DNA of 64,000 nt from assembly GCA_965116925.1 (NCBI GenBank), contig OZ220744.1, forward strand, positions 4,032,001 to 4,096,000. Direction: 5' to 3'. Source of the DNA: Candidatus Poribacteria bacterium (lineage in GTDB: Bacteria; Poribacteria; WGA-4E; PCPOR2b). Below the pieces are notes generated by a model. The model was not told the DNA's origin, ran no database searches, and worked only from the letters and a program-made list of their open reading frames with translations. Position 1 is the first letter of the stretch; every line of letters starts with the position of its first letter. A program made the position numbers and the translations under genes. Shown here one piece after another: positions 1-8,740 of the stretch.

Positions 1-157
1 CCGCATCGCCGGCGTGCGGATGCTGTTGTTGATAGGCAATGAGTTTGAGAAGTGTGTCGACTTTGGGCATTTGTGCACCTGCCAATTCAGCCCCAACCTT
101 GGAAGTTCCCACAGATAAGGCATCCCCTCCGATGCTAGTGACTGAATTTTTAGACAT
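1..157 (-). CDS. Partial ORF running off the window edge, unknown product
   Basis: ATG at 157; open frame MSKNSVTSIGGDALSVGTSKVGAELAGAQMPKVDTLLKLIAYQQQHPHAGDA to the edge; divergent from the 451 gene. Confidence 0.4.
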   Translation of the reverse strand, partial: MSKNSVTSIGGDALSVGTSKVGAELAGAQMPKVDTLLKLIAYQQQHPHAGDA

Positions 158-289
158 TTTTGGTTTTTGTCAACGGTGATCTGTATTAGGAACAGCGTTT
201 CGACAACTCTCCACGTCAAGAGGCATCGGCTTTCACTGACTCAAAACGATTTATAGTATAAGCCTCCTTGCCTTCAATTTGCAATTAGT

Positions 290-328
290 TTTTTGAAGTA
301 TGGACGTAATGCGTCCATACTTCAAAAA
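290..328. repeat. 17-bp perfect inverted repeat in a divergent intergenic region
   Basis: TTTTTGAAGTATGGACG-taatg-CGTCCATACTTCAAAAA. Confidence 0.8.
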
Positions 329-450
329 GTGACTGGAATTTCTGTGTGATTGGTTGGTATTCTTATCATCATAATGGGAATAGATAGGTTTTTGAACTGA
401 TATCACGGTTCACGCTCGTTTAGCTTTAAAGGTATAGATAAAGGAGGGAG

Positions 451-1500
451 ATGATGAAACTTGCATGGGTCAAACGGAAGATCCAAGCCCGCTATCTTCA
501 CGGAGGGCTTTTTGCTCTTGCTGTGAATCTTCTCTTGACATCAATCAGTCTGGCACAACTCGCTAACACAAGGATTGCCTTCATGTCCACCCGTAACGTG
601 GATTGGGATGCCGAAATTTATCTAATGACTCCTGACGGGGAACAAATCCGCCGACTCACTGAACAACCGAAATCTGATGGCGAGCCTGCTTGGTCTCCTG
701 ACGGGAAGCGGATTACTTTTGTGTCATATCGGGATCTGAAACGAATTCCTGAACGTGGGGTTATCCGCGGTGAAATTTATGTGATGAACGCTGACGGCAC
801 CAATCCCATCAACCTGACTCGGTCGGTAGAAAAAGCGGAGGGCGTTTCCACCTGGTCCCCGGACGGAAAACGGATTGCCTTTACATCAGCTGAACTATTT
901 GATGGGCATACCCTCGTCAACTCGGATATTTTCGTGATGGATGTCGATGGAGGAAATCCCATTAACATCACCAACCATGATGCCTTAGATCAGACCCCGG
1001 ATTGGTCGCCAAACGGAAATTGGATTGCATTCTCCTCTCTCCGTGACGGTAATTGGGAAATCTACGTGATGGACGCTGATGGTGCTAACCCGATTAACAT
1101 CACCAATCACCCAGCGAAAGATGGTAGACCGGATTGGTCTCCGGACGGGAAGCAGATTGCATTTACTTCTGACCGCGATGGCAACTTAGAAATCTATGTG
1201 ATGAAGGCTGATGGAACTAACCCGATTAACCTTACCAACAACCCAGCAGAAGACAATCATTCCTCTTGGTCACCGGACGGAACGCGGCTGGCTTTCGACT
1301 CTAACCGGGACGATCCATTCGGGGACATCTATGTGATGAACGCTGATGGGACGAATCCCAGTAATCTCACCCAAGATCCTGATAATTTTGACCTTTATCC
1401 CTCATGGGGACCTGACCCTATCTTAAGTGTTGCTTCAAACGAGAAATTGGCGACCTTATGGGGCAAGGTCAAGCGCGGCAATACTTATGGAGTACGGTAA
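451..1500 (+). CDS. Secreted TolB-like PD40-repeat beta-propeller protein
   Basis: Signal peptide; six repeats of P.WSPDG..IAF.S.RDG..EIYVM.ADG; C-terminal KLATLWGKVK tail; GGAGGGAG RBS. Confidence 0.9.
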   Translation: MMKLAWVKRKIQARYLHGGLFALAVNLLLTSISLAQLANTRIAFMSTRNVDWDAEIYLMTPDGEQIRRLTEQPKSDGEPAWSPDGKRITFVSYRDLKRIPERGVIRGEIYVMNADGTNPINLTRSVEKAEGVSTWSPDGKRIAFTSAELFDGHTLVNSDIFVMDVDGGNPINITNHDALDQTPDWSPNGNWIAFSSLRDGNWEIYVMDADGANPINITNHPAKDGRPDWSPDGKQIAFTSDRDGNLEIYVMKADGTNPINLTNNPAEDNHSSWSPDGTRLAFDSNRDDPFGDIYVMNADGTNPSNLTQDPDNFDLYPSWGPDPILSVASNEKLATLWGKVKRGNTYGVR

Positions 1501-1541
1501 AATTTGTGAGCTACTTTGCAGATAGATAAAGAAGGAAAACA

Positions 1542-2594
1542 ATGAAACTTATATTGCCGAAACTGTGGCGGTGGATATGCTGCCTTCATATTGGGCTTTT
1601 GGCTCTCGTTGCGTGCCTTCTCTTGGCATCGACAAGTCTCGCACAAACCGCTGACACAAGCATTGTCTTTATCTCCCTCCGCAGTGATGGGAGGAACAGT
1701 GAAATTTACCGGATGAATCCTGATGGGAAACGACTCCGCCGACTCACTGAACAGCCTGGATATGACGGTGCACCTGCCTGGTCGCCTGATGGACAAAAGA
1801 TTGCCTTTATGTCATTTCGGGATGAGCACCGACTTCAGGAACGAGCACCGATCTACGGTGAGATTTATGTGATGAACCCCGATGGCACCAACCCCGTCAA
1901 TTTGACTCAGTCGGTAGAAAGACCGGATTTTGGGTCTTCTTGGTCACCGGACGGAAAGCAGATCGTCTTCACATCAGCCGAGCACTTCAACTGGGGTCCT
2001 GGACTCCGCAAGGATATTTGGGTGATGGATGCTGATGGAGGAAATCCACGGGACCTAACAAATCATGACGCCGAGGACCGGAACCCTGATTGGTCCCCGG
2101 ATGGAATGCAGATTGCATTCGAGTCTAACCGCAATAGAGACTGGGAGTTCGAGATCGAGGTGAGGAACTGGGAAGTTTTTGTGATGAACGCTGACGGAGC
2201 TAACCCCATTAACCTGACCAATAACCTCGCATGGGATAGCAGCCCCGATTGGTCGCCAGACGGGGATCGGATTGCATTTACTTCTAACCGTGACGGGAAC
2301 TCGGAAGTTTACGTGATGAATGCCGATGGCACTAACCCTATCAACCTGACCAATCACCCGGCCACAGATGGTAGCCCCGATTGGTCGCCGGCCGGGAATC
2401 AGATTGCATTCCAATCGGACCGTGATGGCAATTGGGAAATCTATGTGATGGATGCTGACGGTGCAAATCCCATTAACCTGACCAACCATCCCGCATGGGA
2501 CAGCAGTCCCTCATGGGGATCTGTTCGTTCCTTAAACGTCTCTTCAAACGGGAGATTGGTGACCTTATGGGGAAGAATTAAACGCACCCGATAA
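1542..2594 (+). CDS. Secreted TolB-like PD40-repeat beta-propeller protein, tandem paralog of 451-1500
   Basis: Same repeat pattern; C-terminal RLVTLWGRIK tail. Confidence 0.9.
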   Translation: MKLILPKLWRWICCLHIGLLALVACLLLASTSLAQTADTSIVFISLRSDGRNSEIYRMNPDGKRLRRLTEQPGYDGAPAWSPDGQKIAFMSFRDEHRLQERAPIYGEIYVMNPDGTNPVNLTQSVERPDFGSSWSPDGKQIVFTSAEHFNWGPGLRKDIWVMDADGGNPRDLTNHDAEDRNPDWSPDGMQIAFESNRNRDWEFEIEVRNWEVFVMNADGANPINLTNNLAWDSSPDWSPDGDRIAFTSNRDGNSEVYVMNADGTNPINLTNHPATDGSPDWSPAGNQIAFQSDRDGNWEIYVMDADGANPINLTNHPAWDSSPSWGSVRSLNVSSNGRLVTLWGRIKRTR

Positions 2595-2628
2595 AACAAT
2601 CTTGAGGACGATGTGAGGGGGCAGTGAT

Positions 2629-4359
2629 CTATCGAATGATATGCACCCGATTTCCGCCTCGGACTGTCTCATCAGGCATCGCAATCGGTGTTTCGATGAG
2701 GGCGATGAACTGTCCGTTTGCGCTGATGGCAATCGTATCGTAGGGGAGCTGCCCCTCCGTGCGATAGGTGTAGAGATACTTAGAGAGGCCACCTCCCGCC
2801 GCGGTGAGATCAAAGACAGAGATACCGTGAAGCTGCTCCTCAACGTTTTGTCCCCGCTTGGATACGCTGATAACGGCATATCGTCCTGTCCCATCAACCT
2901 GCAATCCTTGCGGCATATTTTCCAACGTCCACTGCCACACTTTCTCCCCTGACCACCTATGAGCGAACAGGGTCATCCCATTCGGGTGGGCTGAAGGGGG
3001 ACGTTGCGCGCCTTTCTGCAAATGGTACGGGATAAAGGTGGTGCCGGTCACAAAGAGTGCGAAATCGTTGGTGGCGGCGATTGTTCCGTTGGTGGCGATG
3101 ATAGGGATGCCACTGACTTCGAGCGGTGTCGTGAGGTTCGTATTCCACAGCGGCTTGATTCCCTCCGGTGTCGATGCCGCATTAAAGATAAATGCTCGTC
3201 CGTCATCTGTCGTGACATTGATGAACTTTCCATCGGGTGAGACACTGACCCCGCGCCAGAAGGTCACCTCCTCAAAGTATGGTTTAAGTGGATCAAAGGT
3301 ATACTCCCACGCTGTTTCGCTTGTCTCACCGTCAATGACGTATAACGTGCCGGACTTGAAATCCCCGGTATTCTCACCACCTCTAATATAGCCGAGCAAT
3401 GCGACTGTTTTCGCATCACGGCCATAATCGAACCAACTGATGGTCATCGGAAGGGTCTGGTCGGGGGGCCATTTCCATTTGAGCATTCCTGTTTTTCCAT
3501 CGAAACGGTAGAGTTGCGCTTTTTTTAGACCCACACCCTCCTTTGTCCACGCGTGATTTCCGACCACCAGCAGATCGCCTCCCTCCGTAGTCGAGATTCG
3601 ATAAGGTCCCGGGTATTGTACCCATGCGTACACATCGTCCGGATTCTGTGGGGTTGAGGTGTCGATATCATCCGCCATGCGGTATTTCCATAACAGCGTT
3701 GGCTTTGTCGTCGATAGATCGTAAGCGTAGATGAACCCGTCAGGGGATTGCTCGCCGATGTAGAAATGTTTACCATCTAGACTGAAGGCTGCGTGTTTGG
3801 CGTAACCTTCGGAGATTCGTGTTTTCCAGATTCGATCCCCTGTGAGCGGGTTGATGATTGCCACATGCCCAGCGTTTGTCCCAATCGCGAGTTGTTCACC
3901 ATTGGGGGAAAAAGCGATTGTCGTCGGTGTCGCTGGACGTTGCAGGTTCGCCAGTAGCGACAGCGGTTCCTCCAGTTCGACGGTACGGATACGATAAGGG
4001 AGCGGTTTGAGCGGTGCAGTAGTGTCTGTCTCCAATAGACTGCCGTCAGTCGATCGGAGTGCGATGTGGTAGGGTGTTTGAGGTTTCCAATCGTAAGTTG
4101 CAAGGGCGCGTTGGTCGTCGATCCAAGCAGGGAAGAGTTCTTCTGGGGGTTTAGCTGCTTCACGTATAGTTAAGCTTGGTAACGGATGCGGTGGATCGGG
4201 TTGATTGGCATCCTTGAGGTGTTCTTCTAGTTCAATAATAATACCACCCCGTACAAAAATAACATTACCCTTGAGGGGCTTTGCCACAGTGTATGTTGGA
4301 ACAAAAACATAAATCAGTAGACCGAGCAATATGCTCAATCGTAGGTTTTGATTCTTCAT
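2629..4359 (-). CDS. Secreted WD40/PQQ-like beta-propeller protein, last gene of the riboswitch-headed cluster
   Basis: Signal peptide; blade motifs AFSPNGEQLAIG, AFSLDGKHFYIG, VSPDGKFINV, ISANGQFIAL; GGAGG RBS. Confidence 0.8.
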   Translation of the reverse strand: MKNQNLRLSILLGLLIYVFVPTYTVAKPLKGNVIFVRGGIIIELEEHLKDANQPDPPHPLPSLTIREAAKPPEELFPAWIDDQRALATYDWKPQTPYHIALRSTDGSLLETDTTAPLKPLPYRIRTVELEEPLSLLANLQRPATPTTIAFSPNGEQLAIGTNAGHVAIINPLTGDRIWKTRISEGYAKHAAFSLDGKHFYIGEQSPDGFIYAYDLSTTKPTLLWKYRMADDIDTSTPQNPDDVYAWVQYPGPYRISTTEGGDLLVVGNHAWTKEGVGLKKAQLYRFDGKTGMLKWKWPPDQTLPMTISWFDYGRDAKTVALLGYIRGGENTGDFKSGTLYVIDGETSETAWEYTFDPLKPYFEEVTFWRGVSVSPDGKFINVTTDDGRAFIFNAASTPEGIKPLWNTNLTTPLEVSGIPIIATNGTIAATNDFALFVTGTTFIPYHLQKGAQRPPSAHPNGMTLFAHRWSGEKVWQWTLENMPQGLQVDGTGRYAVISVSKRGQNVEEQLHGISVFDLTAAGGGLSKYLYTYRTEGQLPYDTIAISANGQFIALIETPIAMPDETVRGGNRVHIIR

Positions 4360-4484
4360 AAAAGACCTCCATTAAGGTTGATTAGAATTTTCCAGATTGC
4401 ATAAGAGAAGCAAGTTTCGCAAGAAAAATAGATAGGATTTATGTAGTTGAATGTTGAGATTTTGTAGTTCAACGCTTTAGTGCC

Positions 4485-4597
4485 ACGGCGGGGCAAGATG
4501 CCCCGCCTACGATGGGTATAGATTCTGTCTATGACCCAATACGCCCGATAAATCGGGCAACTACAACCCAATACGCTCGATAAATCGGGCAACTACA
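4485..4597 (-). repeat. Cluster of GTAG-type REP-like hairpins, including a 2-copy tandem repeat
   Basis: Minus strand GTAGGCGGGGCATCTTGCCCCGCC, and two copies of GTAGTTGCCCGATTTATCG(G/A)GCGTATTGGGT. Confidence 0.75.
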
Positions 4598-4646
4598 ATA
4601 TGAGGTCCGTAAATCCTGATAGAAACATCAACAGGGAATCTTGATA

Positions 4647-6644
4647 TTATTCCGCGACCCGCCACAACCCTGAACCCAGCCGCTTTCCGAGAAGGACACC
4701 GATAAACGTATAGGTAAAACCGTCGACCAAGATCCGTGTCAGGATATACCAATCTGCGTAGAAGAGGCGGTAGAGTGTCATGCTCAGTTGGAAGTCAATG
4801 TAGACAGTGAGCGCATCGCATAAACCGAAGATTAACGCCAAGATCAGCAGGTTCGCTCCTCCAATTACGCCGGAATCCAGAGTAATCTTTCGCGCTATCT
4901 GGAAACCGACTTCAAGCAGCAGTACAGCGGTGACAGCATGAAGCAGTATGGTAGGCGTGAGTAGCCCCAGCGTGACGCCTCCCAATAGAAGTCGAACGGC
5001 GGTAACGAGCGTAATCACCCCAAATTTGGGGATGAGTATCAGCAACGATGTCAACAAAGCGTAGTATAGCATCTCGTTGATGAGACCTGTAACCAGAGAT
5101 GAAATGGGACCGAGTAGCGCGGAAATCAGGTTAGTCAGCAGGGTTGATGGAACGTTGACGGCAATAAATATCGTTGTGCCAAATAGCGAGATGAGGATCA
5201 GCTGCTTGGTTGAAAACCGGGTGAATAGTTGTGAGTGAAAACAGAGTAGCAATCCAATCCCTAGTCCTGTCATTACGGTTACAAGGCTGGTAACAAGCAG
5301 TGCGTGGAGATTGGGTGTCACAATCAGCAGCGGTCGCGTGGTGCGGAGCGCGGTTGCGTCGCTTCCCCAAATTTTCACCTCGATTGCACGCTCATATTGC
5401 CCTTCCCCAATGAAATCTTGATGCTGTTGGGACAGTGGATTGAGATAAATTGGCAGAGGAACGGGGGTGACGCTTTCTCCCGCCAAACTGACAAACGCGA
5501 GGCTGCGATTCGTGCCGGCGTTGACCGCGTCTGGAGGAGATAGGAAAGGGACCGGTTCTCCGTCCTGTGTATCACGGTTCATTGATGCGACAATCGCGTG
5601 AACCGTCTCGCGTCCTTGATTGTGGATGTGAACCGTTTGATAAGCGACGGGCTCAAATTCATCCGTCGGGCTAGCTTTTGCGCCGAACCATTTGCCGAGT
5701 CCCCCCAAGAGTGGACGTGGATAGGAAATCGTGTCCGGTCGTTGGCGAGGATCAGAAAGACCGCCGGGACCTGTCGGCATGGTAATATTTTCAATCTGAA
5801 GTTGCCCTGCAATCTCATCGAGGGAAGCAGAACGCAGTGGTGTCGTTGCACTCCGTTCCCACCGATCCCCTGACGCATTTTCAAAAAACAGGTGGCCGTG
5901 GATCTGTGCGTTCTTAGGGAGCGGTTCATCTGGGATTTTTAAGGTCAATTGGCTGTACCAGACCTCTGATTCAACTGTGAATTTTCCTGATGAACGGTAG
6001 GATAGGACATCCTCTCCGATTGAGCTGGGATTCAGAGCAGCCTCCTTCACCTCGCTATCCCACACTGGGTTATGTGGTAACACTTGAAATGATGCTGGAA
6101 CCTGAAGCACGACATTAAAGGAGACGGGTGCCTCCAAGCCATTTCGGACTAGCACGGTTGCGGTCATCTCGACACCTTGTAAGACCAGTGCTGCCTTCTG
6201 AGCCGATGCTGCCGTTGATACCCCTAAGTTTGTCTCAACGGTCTTGTTCGCCTCGATTGTGCCGTAAGGGATAGCAATTTCAATCGTCCCGCGCGGATCG
6301 GTTTGGGGTGCCTGCACCGTTTGAGAGGCAGATTCACCGTTCTGATATATCACTTCAAACTGATACGTTTGCCCCTTTTCCCAGCGAAAATAGAGGGATT
6401 CGGTGCTGCGTGCATATCCTCCGAGATCGAGCTGAGCGACTAACCTGCCTTCCGGATCGAGGGCGGTGACTTTTTGGACGCTCTCCCGAATCGCCGCGTC
6501 AAATTCGACTTTTGCACCGAGCGGAAAAAAGGTGACAGTCCATGATATCGGAACTTGTTCACCGCTTTTCGGTGCACAAGCGAGATAACCGAGACAGAGG
6601 AGCAAGGATAGCAGACGTGAAATATAACAGATATGGGGATTCAA
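4647..6644 (-). CDS. Membrane protein: large extracytoplasmic domain fused to a C-terminal multi-TM module resembling an ECF S-component
   Basis: N-terminal signal ending LGYLAC; about 430 aa soluble region; final about 220 aa hydrophobic with FSTKQLILISLF and LIPKFGVITL segments typical of ECF S-components; start codon uncertain (TTG). Confidence 0.7.
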   Translation of the reverse strand: MNPHICYISRLLSLLLCLGYLACAPKSGEQVPISWTVTFFPLGAKVEFDAAIRESVQKVTALDPEGRLVAQLDLGGYARSTESLYFRWEKGQTYQFEVIYQNGESASQTVQAPQTDPRGTIEIAIPYGTIEANKTVETNLGVSTAASAQKAALVLQGVEMTATVLVRNGLEAPVSFNVVLQVPASFQVLPHNPVWDSEVKEAALNPSSIGEDVLSYRSSGKFTVESEVWYSQLTLKIPDEPLPKNAQIHGHLFFENASGDRWERSATTPLRSASLDEIAGQLQIENITMPTGPGGLSDPRQRPDTISYPRPLLGGLGKWFGAKASPTDEFEPVAYQTVHIHNQGRETVHAIVASMNRDTQDGEPVPFLSPPDAVNAGTNRSLAFVSLAGESVTPVPLPIYLNPLSQQHQDFIGEGQYERAIEVKIWGSDATALRTTRPLLIVTPNLHALLVTSLVTVMTGLGIGLLLCFHSQLFTRFSTKQLILISLFGTTIFIAVNVPSTLLTNLISALLGPISSLVTGLINEMLYYALLTSLLILIPKFGVITLVTAVRLLLGGVTLGLLTPTILLHAVTAVLLLEVGFQIARKITLDSGVIGGANLLILALIFGLCDALTVYIDFQLSMTLYRLFYADWYILTRILVDGFTYTFIGVLLGKRLGSGLWRVAE

Positions 6645-6694
6645 GGATTTTAGAATGGTAACTTGACGGATAATTAGATTGGATTAAAGGTTTT

Positions 6695-6785
6695 GGCTGA
6701 TATTAAAAGAAAGTGCAAAGCACGAAGAGAAACCGAGTTTTGAAGAAAAAACTCGGTTTCTTTGCACTAAATCTTAACATGAACG
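6695..6785. mobile_element. MITE, GGCTCATGTTAA-type TIR family
   Basis: Closely similar to 52168-52256 and to the reverse complement of 30818-30909; internal AGAAACCGAGTTTT..AAAACTCGGTTTCT hairpin; decayed 8-bp flanks AAGGTTTT/AAGTTGTT. Confidence 0.75.
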
Positions 6786-6816
6786 AAGTTGTTTTAGTGA
6801 TACGGTAAGTAAACTT

Positions 6817-6846
6817 TTGTAGGGAACGTAGATCTACGTTCCCTAC
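6817..6846. repeat. GTAG-type REP-like palindrome
   Basis: TGTAGGGAACGTAGATCTACGTTCCCTACA; related sequences near 17262 and 46115. Confidence 0.75.
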
Positions 6847-6865
6847 ACCCTTTTTTATGTCTTGA

Positions 6866-8143
6866 TCAGTTGACATTTTGTCCGAAATACTTCGCAATAC
6901 GGACGAGATCGAAAACATCAATAACTCCATCGCGATTGACATCGCCTTGGAGATTTCTACCCGTTTGTCCGAAGTTGCTTGCAACAAGAACCAGATCGAG
7001 GATATTGACCACGCCATCGTGATTTACATTAGCGGTCGCAACTCCTATCGATTGGACCTGTGCAACGGTGACGAGAGATGCTCCGGGGCCAACACCATAA
7101 GTATTGAGCAGCGTCCCATTGGAGTCAACGACATACAATTCGTCCATTCTACCGCCCGTCCAATCCGCTCTTGTTATATACAGGTTATCGTTCTGATCTA
7201 TCGCCCCGACTCCGCCCAAATCTGTGAGTGGGTTGTCGGCATCGTGTGTCCACGCATCGCTGACCAGATCGTACACAAGCAATCCACCGGAGCTAATAAG
7301 GACACGCTTCATGCTGTCAATGGTAGGTCCCCCTGCCCTCCCTTCAAGCTCAATTGTTTTTTCAATTTCATCGGTAACTGCGTCGATGAATATAACCGTT
7401 CCTGGGACGGGACCTTGAGGATTCCATCCACCAATACCCGCTGACACTGCAATCACCCTAGATACACCATCACTCGTGATACTGTTTGTGTTTATTGGCA
7501 TTGGGATGGTTTTTATGACTGTGTCGGTCTCTATATCAATGACTGTGACGTTGCTTGTATCATCATAGCTGACGTTCCAGGTGCCCGGTTCCTTAGCATA
7601 CGCTGAATTAGCGACGTAAGCCCTTCCGTTAAGAATCGTTATGCCATCCGGCATAGGACCGCAGGGGATGCGCTTAACAACGCTTTTTTGGTTCAGATCT
7701 ACCACATGGATCACATCGCTGTATAGACCTGTGACGTACGCTTTGGAGGGAGGGATAAGGATAATCTGCTTGGGAGTGGTATCGGAGTCGATTGGGATGC
7801 TTCCGACATGTGAACGGGTCAACAGATTGATAATTTCGATAGACCCGCCGCGCGGATCAAAAAATGGGTCTGGGTATTGGATGAGAACATACAGGAGATT
7901 CCCTTGAACCTCTAGATCGCTTGGTATGATCTCCCCAAGTGGAATAATCTCATTCTCAACAGCCTGTTTCAGATTAGGCTCATCAAGATCAACAATTGAG
8001 AGTGACGGCAAAATGCCGGCTTCTGGTTTCCGTAAACCGTTTGCAACGATTGCTAGATTTTCGGTTTCTTGGGCGTAAACGCTCAAGGTAGCAAAAATGA
8101 AAATAGTGAGTACAAACGTGAAACTGTGCTTGCGTATATGCAT
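6866..8143 (-). CDS. Secreted YncE-family beta-propeller (BtuG-like candidate cobalamin-binding protein) with C-terminal dockerin-like domain
   Basis: Signal peptide; KAYVTGLYSDVIHVVDL and GRAYVANS YncE-like blades; twin Ca-binding repeats NVNHDGVVNILDLV and DVNRDGVIDVFDLV; first gene after the cobalamin riboswitch. Confidence 0.8.
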   Translation of the reverse strand: MHIRKHSFTFVLTIFIFATLSVYAQETENLAIVANGLRKPEAGILPSLSIVDLDEPNLKQAVENEIIPLGEIIPSDLEVQGNLLYVLIQYPDPFFDPRGGSIEIINLLTRSHVGSIPIDSDTTPKQIILIPPSKAYVTGLYSDVIHVVDLNQKSVVKRIPCGPMPDGITILNGRAYVANSAYAKEPGTWNVSYDDTSNVTVIDIETDTVIKTIPMPINTNSITSDGVSRVIAVSAGIGGWNPQGPVPGTVIFIDAVTDEIEKTIELEGRAGGPTIDSMKRVLISSGGLLVYDLVSDAWTHDADNPLTDLGGVGAIDQNDNLYITRADWTGGRMDELYVVDSNGTLLNTYGVGPGASLVTVAQVQSIGVATANVNHDGVVNILDLVLVASNFGQTGRNLQGDVNRDGVIDVFDLVRIAKYFGQNVN

Positions 8144-8200
8144 AACTGAATCTTCCTTTCATCAGTGATATAGCGGTGTCAGCTGTAGGTTTTACAACCT

Positions 8201-8240
8201 AAAAACAAAAAACCCCAGCTTTCACGCCGAAAGCTGGGGT
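8201..8240 (-). terminator. Intrinsic terminator in the riboswitch leader (expression platform)
   Basis: Minus strand stem-loop ACCCCAGCTTTC-GGCGT-GAAAGCTGGGGT followed by a T tract, between aptamer and start codon. Confidence 0.85.
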
Positions 8241-8344
8241 GTGGTCCGCCATTTGCACCTGTGATGATATGGAAGTATACTCAAGCACGATGAGTCGGCA
8301 AAGAACCCCGTTCACAGCCTTCCCGCGAAAGCTACCATGTGAAA

Positions 8345-8522
8345 TCAGATTCAGGTAGGTCTCCTGACTTACGACAACGCATTGTCCGCCTTCCCATCCC
8401 GAAATGGGACAGTGGCTTCTGGACACGTTTTAACGTCGTTTACAGTGGCGGGGCCGTGGCGGATTCTCACCGCACTTCCCTATTCTCCGGCAATCTCCAT
8501 CAATTGCCGGCACCTGAATCGA
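8345..8522 (-). ncRNA. Cobalamin (B12) riboswitch aptamer
   Basis: Minus strand AGGTGC...ATAGGGAAGTGCGGTGAGAATCCGCCACGGCCCCGCCACTGT...GCCACTGTCCC..GGGATGGGAAGGC...AAGTCAGGAGACCTACCTG has the B12-element motifs in order, including the B12 box. Confidence 0.95.
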
Positions 8523-8572
8523 CAACTATGCAGTTTTGAAATGCTTCTTTGATTCTGTTTGAAGCGATATTA

Positions 8573-8601
8573 ATTATAGCAGATTGTCAAAAAATTGTCA
8601 A
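8573..8601 (-). promoter_or_regulatory. Consensus sigma70 promoter driving the riboswitch
   Basis: TTGACA-17 nt-TATAAT on the minus strand. Confidence 0.85.
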
Positions 8602-8740
8602 AGGGATTTATGAAAAGCCAGGGGCATTTAATGCTCCCGTAGTTCGATCTTCCGGTCAAGGTTACGGCGGGGAGACCATATGCCCCGACTACGGGTTCGG
8701 GTCATTCCGAATCGGTCAAAAAACGACTGAGAAGAGCGTG

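Noticed and set aside
4534..4597. Possible mini-CRISPR array
   Set aside because: Only two directly adjacent copies, no spacers, no cas genes; fits GTAG REP hairpins
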